Shown: positions 8,191 through 14,431 of the stretch, piece by piece
Position numbering within the stretch: position 1 is the first letter of the stretch
Layout of the letters: the number at the start of each line of letters is the position of its first letter
Source of the DNA: Candidatus Subterrananammoxibius californiae
GTDB taxonomy: Bacteria; Planctomycetota; Brocadiia; Brocadiales; Subterrananammoxibiaceae
NCBI GenBank assembly: GCA_030586555.1
Contig: JAURAC010000044.1
Location: 1 to 15,730 of the forward strand
Length of the DNA: 15,730 bases
Direction of reading: 5' to 3'
Notes under the pieces: generated by a model
What the model saw: only the letters and a program-made list of their open reading frames with translations
Told to the model about the DNA's origin: nothing
Databases searched by the model: none
Made by a program: the position numbers and the translations under genes

Positions 8191-8268
8191 ATAACGAACC
8201 CACCCAAAAGATGGCGGACTTTCAGCTTAAGGTTCGTGGTGTACCACCATTGTCTACCGGTCAATCCA

Positions 8269-9426
8269 ATGAAAAGCAAGGTATACTTTATCTCAACTGA
8301 GGATAGAGAGGATATTTCCTCTATCGCCCAGAAGACTAAGACGCTCTTTAAGAGGGCGCAGTTCTCAAATATAATAGAAAAAGACGATACGGTGGCAATA
8401 AAACTTACCTTTGGAGAGAGGGGCAATATTGGGTACCTCAAGCCGCCTATCGTTAAATCCATTGTTGATAACATAAAGGAAAGAAAAGGAAAGCCATTTC
8501 TAATAGATACAAATACCCTGTATGTTGGTGAGCGGTCAAATGCCGTTGACCACATTATGCTTGCCCACGAGCATGGCTTTTCGATAGAGAACGTTGGGGC
8601 GCCTGTAATAATTGGAGACGGCCTTCTTGGTGAGCATGATTACATCGTTGAAATCAATCAAAAGCTGTGTAAAAATGCCTATATAGCAGGTGTGGCAAAG
8701 GCTGTAAACGCTATTGTTTTCCTATCCCATGTCACAGGACATTTAGCTACAGGTATGGGGGCAACGCTAAAAAATATAGGCATGGGCCTTTCTGCAAGGG
8801 GTGGGAAGCTTGCCCAGCACTCGGGGGTGATTCCTCAAATCGTTGAGGATAACTGTACTCGGTGCGGAGTATGCGCTATGTGGTGTCCTGTGGAGGCTAT
8901 CACCATTAGTGAAAAATCCGCCGTAATAGACCCAACGAAATGCATCGGATGCGGAGAGTGCCTTGCCGTCTGCCAGTTTGATGCTGTGAAGATTGCATGG
9001 GATGAGAATACAGAAAATCTTCAGAAGAAGATTGTTGAACACTGCCTTGCAATACTAAAGGATAAAACGCATAAAGCTTGCTTTTTTAACTTTATTATTC
9101 ATGTTACAAAGCACTGTGATTGTATGGATAAGCCGTATAAGCCTGACATTAAGGATATAGGAATACTTGCATCCACAGACCCCGTGGCAGTAGAGAAAGC
9201 AGCGGTGGATATGATAATCGAATATACTGGAAAGGATTTCTTCAAAAAAAGCTGGCCATCAATTGACTACACAACCCAGCTTACCTATGCCGAGGAGATA
9301 GGACTTGGCAGTATGGATTACGAACTCATTGATATTTCTGCACAGAAAAGAGAAGCCCCGGCGTTGCAACCCCAACCATCAAGAAAGGGTTTATTTGAAT
9401 GGGTAACCAACCGCCCCGTAAGGTAA
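8269..9426 (+). CDS. DUF362 family protein with a 2x[4Fe-4S] ferredoxin domain
   Basis: MKSKVYF start, VAIKLTFGERGN, DTNTLYVGERSNA, HVTGH...GATLKNIGMG, CTRCGVCAMWCP, CIGCGECLAVC, CDC, ASTDPVAVE. The start may be slightly upstream (GTG 8236/8239). Confidence 0.88.
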   Translation: MKSKVYFISTEDREDISSIAQKTKTLFKRAQFSNIIEKDDTVAIKLTFGERGNIGYLKPPIVKSIVDNIKERKGKPFLIDTNTLYVGERSNAVDHIMLAHEHGFSIENVGAPVIIGDGLLGEHDYIVEINQKLCKNAYIAGVAKAVNAIVFLSHVTGHLATGMGATLKNIGMGLSARGGKLAQHSGVIPQIVEDNCTRCGVCAMWCPVEAITISEKSAVIDPTKCIGCGECLAVCQFDAVKIAWDENTENLQKKIVEHCLAILKDKTHKACFFNFIIHVTKHCDCMDKPYKPDIKDIGILASTDPVAVEKAAVDMIIEYTGKDFFKKSWPSIDYTTQLTYAEEIGLGSMDYELIDISAQKREAPALQPQPSRKGLFEWVTNRPVR

Positions 9427-9447
9427 TCGCACAGGGCTTGTTATGGA

Positions 9448-10074
9448 TTAATCCCTTATCACGTAGAAACACCTCGTAAGGCGTCTATTATGCCGCCACC
9501 CTATATTCTTATTTATTGTTACAAAATCAACGATATCTATAGTTCTTTCTTTTCTATCACTTCTACTTTTACATCCTTTCAGCCCGATTATGTATTTCCC
9601 AGAAAAAAGGCCATCGAAACGGTAGCAGCCATTACTATCCGTTGTAGCCTTCATTTTTACACCTGGTTCAGGGGATACCCTCCTCAATATTACAGTCATC
9701 CCTGGAGATGGCTGTTGATTCGGAGCATATACCACAGTACCCCATATACAGCCCGTAATACTAAATTCGGGACACTGGCAACAATCGTCATGCACGTTGG
9801 GGTCATTATCGTTGCAATCCGTGCAATCGAGAACATAATCTGGATATTGTGGGATTCCGTTGCAGAAATGCTGTCCAATCCAGTTGTCTGAATCTCCGTA
9901 TCCGTCCCCATCTGCATCCTTGCAGGTGTAGGGAAAGTAAGGACATGTAGTAGTTGTTGTAGTAGTCGTGCTCGTTGTAGTCACATCAACCCTAATCTCA
10001 GAGGCAAAAACCTTGTATATACTCAGGCTATACACCATTAGCAAGATTCCAAAAATAGTCAGAATTTTCTTCAT
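9448..10074 (-). CDS. Secreted protein: Thr-rich linker, DxDGDG/DCNDND putative metal-binding motif, carboxypeptidase-regulatory-like beta domain
   Basis: GAGGTG SD before ATG 10074; signal peptide MKKILTIFG...VFA; TTTSTTTTTTTT; KDADGDGYGD...DCNDNDP; GTV...ATTDSNGCYRFDGLFSGKY. Confidence 0.75.
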   Translation of the reverse strand: MKKILTIFGILLMVYSLSIYKVFASEIRVDVTTTSTTTTTTTTCPYFPYTCKDADGDGYGDSDNWIGQHFCNGIPQYPDYVLDCTDCNDNDPNVHDDCCQCPEFSITGCIWGTVVYAPNQQPSPGMTVILRRVSPEPGVKMKATTDSNGCYRFDGLFSGKYIIGLKGCKSRSDRKERTIDIVDFVTINKNIGWRHNRRLTRCFYVIRD

Positions 10075-10215
10075 TTTACTCACCTCATCCCCTCTATCAA
10101 GAGGGCATGCCATGGCGACATGCCGTGGGACTAAGGGGTGTGTGGAAAATAGAGAAAAAAATGAATTGCTCTCCTTTTTTGAGTATTTTTATTCATGCTG
10201 TCTCTTTATGTTGCA

Positions 10216-10243
10216 AGTATAACACATAATTTTACTTTGACAA
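10216..10243 (-). promoter_or_regulatory. Candidate promoter for the secreted-protein gene
   Basis: Minus strand TTGTCA-16 nt-TATACT with an extended -10 (TG-T-TATACT). Confidence 0.55.
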
Positions 10244-10291
10244 GGGTAGCAAGGGATAATTTTTTAAAAATTTTTGGTTGAAGCCACCAGT

Positions 10292-10435
10292 GACCTCTGA
10301 AAAAGTAATAAAATTCCAGAAAATGTCATGCTGAACTTGTTTTCAGCATCCAATAAAATCAATGGGTTATGAGACCCTGAAATACCCTGAATCAAGTTCA
10401 GGGCAGGGTGACAAAATAGGGCTTTTTCAGAGGTC
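10292..10435. repeat. MITE-like nested palindrome
   Basis: Perfect 14-bp terminal IR gacctctgaaaaag / ctttttcagaggtc; internal hairpins atgctgaacttgttttcagcat and ccctgaatcaagttcaggg. Confidence 0.8.
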
Positions 10436-10454
10436 TCCACCATTAAGAAAAGCA

Positions 10455-10595
10455 CCCAAAAATAGATATTGAACTTGTCATTGCGAGCCGAAGGCGAAGC
10501 AATCTCATATTTTGTGATAAGATTGCCACGCACCCTTCGGGTGCTCGCAATGACACTTTAATTAATGGCTTACAGTGTCAATGTCTATTTTTGGG
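10455..10595. repeat. MITE-like nested palindrome
   Basis: Outer 18-bp IR cccaaaaatagatattga / tcaatgtctatttttggg (17/18); inner perfect 13-bp IR tgtcattgcgagc (10476-10488) / gctcgcaatgaca (10543-10555). Confidence 0.8.
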
Positions 10596-10602
10596 AATGC
10601 AT

Positions 10603-10641
10603 AAATGCCTTGACACTTTCTGTTTTTTTGGTATAAATATA
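10603..10641 (+). promoter_or_regulatory. sigma70-type promoter, copy 1 of a duplicated promoter
   Basis: TTGACA 10610-10615, 16 nt, TG-G-TATAAA 10629-10637; 33/39 identical to 11522-11560. Confidence 0.7.
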
Positions 10642-10677
10642 TTAATGTCAGCTTGCAGGCTTGTCAGCTTGTTCTAC

Positions 10678-10764
10678 AAATCAAAAATCAAAGACCAAAA
10701 ATCAAAAAGTATTTTGTGTTTTTGAATTGTGTTTTTGATTTTTAATATTTGATATTTGATATTT
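10678..10764. repeat. Heptamer-based palindrome (aaatcaa/ttgattt type)
   Basis: aaatcaaaaatcaaagaccaaaaatcaaaaa ... tttttgatttttaatatttgatatttgatattt. Confidence 0.8.
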
Positions 10765-10777
10765 CTTCGGAGCGTAG

Positions 10778-10840
10778 ATGGGAAATAACAAAAGAAAGGC
10801 GCTGATAATAGGGCTTGATTCAGAAGGAAAGTTTTATTGA
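10778..10840 (+). other. 20-codon ORF whose first 15 codons duplicate the start of the AlkP-family gene
   Basis: MGNNKRKALIIGLDSEGKFY*. 10769-10823 matches 11595-11649 at 52/55 nt, including the GGAG SD. Its TGA overlaps the TTG start of the next gene. Confidence 0.8.
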
Positions 10841-11340
10841 TTAAATTTCAAGAACTCTTTTCTGCATTAAATAAAAGCAAGGTTCGTTATTTAGTCGCAG
10901 GAGGCATAGCAGTCAACCTTTATGGTATCGAAAGAGCCACAGCCGATATAGACCTTGTTGTAGACCCGGAGGAGAATAATCTTGAGAGATTTATCAACGC
11001 TATAAAGGAACTTGGTCTTAAGCCAAAGGTTCCTGTAAGGCTTGAAGACTTTATTAAAAAAGAGAAAAGAGAGCGCTGGGTCATAGAGAAAGGTATGAGA
11101 GTTTTTAGCATCTTTGACCCTAAGAACCCCTACCTTCTTCTTGATGTCTTTGTAGAAGAGCCGTTTAATTTCAAAAAGGTATTCGAAGCGAGGAATGAGA
11201 TGAAGGCAGGAAAGACAATCATCCCTGTAGTTCCCTTAAAAGACCTTATCGAGATGAAGGAGAAAACCGGTAGACCCCAGGATATAGCAGACGCGTTTTA
11301 CCTTAAAAAGATTAAAGAGGAATGGAAGGATGAAGGCTGA
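10837..11340 (+). CDS. Nucleotidyltransferase (Pol-beta superfamily, AbiEii/DUF6036-like), putative TA component
   Basis: 167 aa; YLVAGGIAVNLYG...RATADIDL (GG + DxD), LLDV and C-terminal LIEMKEKTGRPQDIAD. Confidence 0.85.
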   Translation: MIKFQELFSALNKSKVRYLVAGGIAVNLYGIERATADIDLVVDPEENNLERFINAIKELGLKPKVPVRLEDFIKKEKRERWVIEKGMRVFSIFDPKNPYLLLDVFVEEPFNFKKVFEARNEMKAGKTIIPVVPLKDLIEMKEKTGRPQDIADAFYLKKIKEEWKDEG

Positions 11341-11503
11341 TCCCTTGCTTTATTACAGAACTAAAGAGGAGATAGAGGCTTACAGAAAGAAACCCATAAA
11401 AGAACGGCTTAAGTGGCTCGAGGCTCAGATGGAGTTCTTCTACAAGGCAATGCCTGAGAAGGCGAAGAAGATAAGGGAAAGGCTTAGCAAAGGGAAGATT
11501 TAG
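11330..11503 (+). CDS. Small basic helical protein (57 aa), probable partner of the nucleotidyltransferase
   Basis: Not in the ORF track. ATG 11330 overlaps the upstream gene end by 11 nt, with GAGG upstream; MKADPLLYYRTKEEIEAYRKKPIKERLKWLEAQMEFFYKAMPEKAKKIRERLSKGKI*. Confidence 0.75.
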   Translation: MKADPLLYYRTKEEIEAYRKKPIKERLKWLEAQMEFFYKAMPEKAKKIRERLSKGKI

Positions 11504-11521
11504 GCAAGCCAGCAAGCTGAC

Positions 11522-11560
11522 AAATACCTTGACACTTCGCTTTTTTTTGTTATAAATATA
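11522..11560 (+). promoter_or_regulatory. sigma70-type promoter, copy 2, upstream of AlkP-cysC
   Basis: TTGACA 11529-11534, 16 nt, TG-T-TATAAA 11548-11556. Confidence 0.7.
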
Positions 11561-11588
11561 GTAGGGGCACGTTGCAACGTGCCCCTAC
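11561..11588. repeat. GTAG-type REP-like palindrome, copy 2
   Basis: Perfect 28-bp palindrome gtaggggcacgttgcaacgtgcccctac. Confidence 0.88.
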
Positions 11589-11603
11589 TTTTTAGGAGCA
11601 TAA

Positions 11604-13004
11604 ATGGGAAATAACAAAAGAAAGGTGCTGATAATAGGGCTTGATTCAGCGCCGCCAAAATTGGTCTTTGACAAATGGTTGAATGAACTGCCTAACATTA
11701 AAAGGCTCGTCTCAAAGGGTATCTATGGCGAGTTGGAAAGCACTATACCAGCAATTACCTGCCCGGCATGGTCATCCATGATGACGAGCGCCAACCCCGG
11801 AAGGCTGGGTTTATATGGGTTCAGAAACAGAACCCGTTATGATTACAATACCCTAACATTTGCCAACTCAACCTCTGTAAAAGAAGATACCGTGTGGGAT
11901 ATACTTTCGAGGCATAATAAGAAGGTTATCCTGATAGGCATTCCACCGACGTATCCTCCAAAGCCAGTAAACGGCTGCATGATAACATGCTTCTTGACGC
12001 CTGATACAAATAGCCAGTACACATATCCTGCTGATTTGAAACCAGAAGTAGAGGCTATATCTGGCGGCTATATCCTTGACGTTGATGATTTCAGAAGCGA
12101 GGATAAAAAGCCCATCCTTAAGACCATTTATGAAATGACGCAAAAGAGGTTCAAGATAGCTAAGAACTTTATCCAGACAAAGGAATGGGATTTCTTTATG
12201 ATGGTTGAGATGGGTCCCGATAGGATACAGCACGCTTTCTGGAAATATTTTGATGAAACACATCCAAAGCACCAACCCGGCTCAGAGTATAAAAATGTAA
12301 TCTACGAGTACTACAAATACGTTGACAAGGAGATTGGAGAGATCCTTTCGCTCACCCCTGAAGATACACTTATTATGGTTGTTTCTGACCACGGGGCAAA
12401 GAGGATGGACGGCGGTATCCGCATCAATCAATGGCTGATAAATAATGGCTACCTGAAGCTCGTTAAATACCCCTCGGAGGCTACGCCTTTTAATAAGCTT
12501 GAAATAGACTGGGAAAATACCACTGCCTGGGGTGAGGGAGGCTATTACGGGCGATTGTTTATGAACGTTACGGGGAGGGAGCCTAAGGGTAGGGTGGCGA
12601 GACAAAATTATGAACATGTAAGGAACGAACTCATTGAAGGTATAAAAAGTATAAGGGATGAACACGGAAAGAACATTAATACGAGGATTTTTAAGCCGGA
12701 GGATATTTATTCTAAGTGTGCTGGCATTCCACCCGATTTGATTATATATTTTGGAGATTTGTACTGGCGCTCGATAGGTTCTGTTGGTCCGCCTGAGGCG
12801 GATAAAACAATATGGGCTGATGAAAATGACACAGGACCCGATGACGCCAACCACGACCAGTACGGTATATTTATAATGTCCGATGGTCACACTAAGCAGG
12901 AGAAAAGGAACGGGCTACATTTAATGGACGTAGCGCCGACCATTCTTAATTATATGGGGATAGAAGTCCCCGACAACATGGAAGGTAAAGTAGTTCATAG
13001 TTAA
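11604..13004 (+). CDS. Alkaline phosphatase superfamily protein (type I phosphodiesterase/nucleotide pyrophosphatase-like)
   Basis: 466 aa with AGGAG SD; VLIIGLDSA, STIPAITCPAWSSMMT, DRIQHAFW, VVSDHG, DDANH...GIF and DVAPTIL. Confidence 0.88.
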   Translation: MGNNKRKVLIIGLDSAPPKLVFDKWLNELPNIKRLVSKGIYGELESTIPAITCPAWSSMMTSANPGRLGLYGFRNRTRYDYNTLTFANSTSVKEDTVWDILSRHNKKVILIGIPPTYPPKPVNGCMITCFLTPDTNSQYTYPADLKPEVEAISGGYILDVDDFRSEDKKPILKTIYEMTQKRFKIAKNFIQTKEWDFFMMVEMGPDRIQHAFWKYFDETHPKHQPGSEYKNVIYEYYKYVDKEIGEILSLTPEDTLIMVVSDHGAKRMDGGIRINQWLINNGYLKLVKYPSEATPFNKLEIDWENTTAWGEGGYYGRLFMNVTGREPKGRVARQNYEHVRNELIEGIKSIRDEHGKNINTRIFKPEDIYSKCAGIPPDLIIYFGDLYWRSIGSVGPPEADKTIWADENDTGPDDANHDQYGIFIMSDGHTKQEKRNGLHLMDVAPTILNYMGIEVPDNMEGKVVHS

Positions 13005-13100
13005 ATCCCAAATCCCAAAATCAAAATCCCAATTAAGGAAAAAATTTATAATTGGTCATTGGTAATTTATTGGGATTTGGAAATTGTAAATTGGGATTTA
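13002..13100. repeat. Heptamer-based palindrome between the AlkP gene and cysC
   Basis: Terminal 10-bp IR taaatcccaa / ttgggattta; homologous to 7155-7246. Confidence 0.8.
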
Positions 13101-13136
13101 TTTATCATCGCTCATATTGAGAAGGAGGAAAGAGAA

Positions 13137-13754
13137 TTGGAAAAAGGTTTTACAATCTGGTTCACAGGTTTATCAGGCGCTGGAAAGACTACAATTGCAC
13201 ACAGGGTTGAAGGCATACTTCGTGAGATGGGACATAATGTCGAAGTGCTTGACGGCGACGTTGTAAGAACACATCTCAGCAAGGGGCTCGGTTTTAGCAA
13301 GGAGGATAGAGACACCAATATAAAACGCATCGGGTTCGTTTGCAAGCTCTTGAGCAGAAATGGCGTAGTTGCCATTGCCTCCGCAATATCGCCTTACAGA
13401 GAGGTTCGTGATTTTAACAGAAAAGAGATTGGCGATTTTGTTGAGGTCTTTGTGAAATGTTCAGTGGATGTTTGCAAAAAACGAGATGTCAAGGGACTAT
13501 ATAAAAAAGCAGCAAATGGTGAAATACCCAATTTTACAGGCGTTTCCGACCCCTATGAAGAACCTCTGAATCCAGAAGTAATCCTTGAAACGGACAAAGA
13601 GACAGTAGAAGAATCTACAGAGAAACTCCTCCGAAAGCTCGGTGAATTGGGTTATGTCAAATATCCTCCTCAAGAGGCAGAAGAACAAGAGATATATACC
13701 CCTGAGGAAGAGGCAAAGATAGCTGAAAGGCTGACCAATCTGGGGTATTTGTAA
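13137..13754 (+). CDS. cysC: Adenylyl-sulfate (APS) kinase
   Basis: AAGGAGG SD 8 nt before TTG 13137; TIWFTGLSGAGKTT, LDGDVVR, LGFSKEDR, ISPYR, RDVKGLY and FTGVSDPYEEP. Confidence 0.95.
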   Translation: MEKGFTIWFTGLSGAGKTTIAHRVEGILREMGHNVEVLDGDVVRTHLSKGLGFSKEDRDTNIKRIGFVCKLLSRNGVVAIASAISPYREVRDFNRKEIGDFVEVFVKCSVDVCKKRDVKGLYKKAANGEIPNFTGVSDPYEEPLNPEVILETDKETVEESTEKLLRKLGELGYVKYPPQEAEEQEIYTPEEEAKIAERLTNLGYL

Positions 13755-13768
13755 AGGTTAAGTTCAAA

Positions 13769-13828
13769 GGGTGGCATGGACAAAACCCTGGACTAAACTT
13801 GTTTCAGGCTTGTTTGTCCGTGTTACCC
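13769..13828. repeat. Palindromic element downstream of cysC
   Basis: 16-bp stem gggtggcatggacaaa / tttgtccgtgttaccc (3 G-U pairs on the + strand), enclosing cctg...aacttgtttcagg, which is related to 10328-10349. Confidence 0.75.
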
Positions 13829-13864
13829 ATACAGGAAACGCTTATTAAAATGAAGGAGAAACAA

Positions 13865-14083
13865 ATGTTTAGAATTAGGTTTGACTCTAAAGAGGATAGA
13901 GTTCGTGGTTTCTATGAACTTGCTATAAAAGGTATCGTCCGAGCGCTCAAAGGTGACGTGTTCGAGATACCCGAACATTGCAAAAAAATCCTCGATGATG
14001 CTGGGGTTTCTTATCGTATCTTGACCGAGAATGAGGGACCCGTAGACGAAGCTCAAGCGTTACGAAATACTCCTACCCATTAG
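13865..14083 (+). CDS. Small hypothetical protein (72 aa)
   Basis: AAGGAG SD 6 nt before ATG 13865; MFRIRFDSKEDRVRGFYELA...ALRNTPTH. Confidence 0.7.
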   Translation: MFRIRFDSKEDRVRGFYELAIKGIVRALKGDVFEIPEHCKKILDDAGVSYRILTENEGPVDEAQALRNTPTH

Positions 14084-14360
14084 GTACAATGATGGTTCCC
14101 TTATAGAACCAGAAAAGTTTGACCAAACCCGCGATGAACTGATAAATCAATTTGCTGCTGTAACTGCTGATTCAATTATCGCAACGGGACATTGGCTATA
14201 TAAAGGCATCTTATATGAGGACAAATTGATACGCTACCAACTGGATATTGCCGGCAATCCAGAAGCACGCGAATTCTTCGAAGAATACAAAAAGGTTTTA
14301 AAGGAAAGGTTTAACCAGCTTGATATTTGGATAACCGTTAGCGATACAGAAGTAATTTAA
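14043..14360 (+). pseudogene. Hypothetical protein frame (104 sense codons) with TAG where the start codon is expected
   Basis: Not in the ORF track. Frame 14046-14360 reads TKLKRYEILLPIRYNDGSLIEPEKF...GHWLYKG...KERFNQLDIWITVSDTEVI*. It is preceded by TAG 14043-14045 and by SD-like GAGGG at 14033-14037. Confidence 0.65.
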
Positions 14361-14431
14361 GCATACACATCTCTCCAACTCATCATAACATTCATCTTTA
14401 ACAAGTTTTCATCTTTTTTAACAGCCAACAT

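Noticed and set aside
10264..10533. 89-aa minus-strand ORF
   Set aside because: It is composed entirely of palindromic repeat sequence and is likely spurious.
3447..13100. CRISPR array or integron attC array
   Set aside because: There are no regularly spaced identical repeats with unique spacers, no cas or integrase gene, and no consistent RYYYAAC/GTTRRRY ends.
13059..13136. Longer N-terminus of CysC given in the ORF track
   Set aside because: It translates the heptamer palindrome; the strong SD supports TTG 13137. The same reasoning applies to the extended starts at 7981, 10113 and 13799.
14031..14045. Programmed TAG read-through (pyrrolysine or recoding) from ATG 14031
   Set aside because: TAG terminates other genes here (1273, 8190, 11503, 14083) and no pyl genes are visible; a lost TTG start is simpler.
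14391..14425. Short direct repeat ttcatcttt(tt)aaca between convergent genes
   Set aside because: It is low-complexity, has only two copies and has no supporting context.
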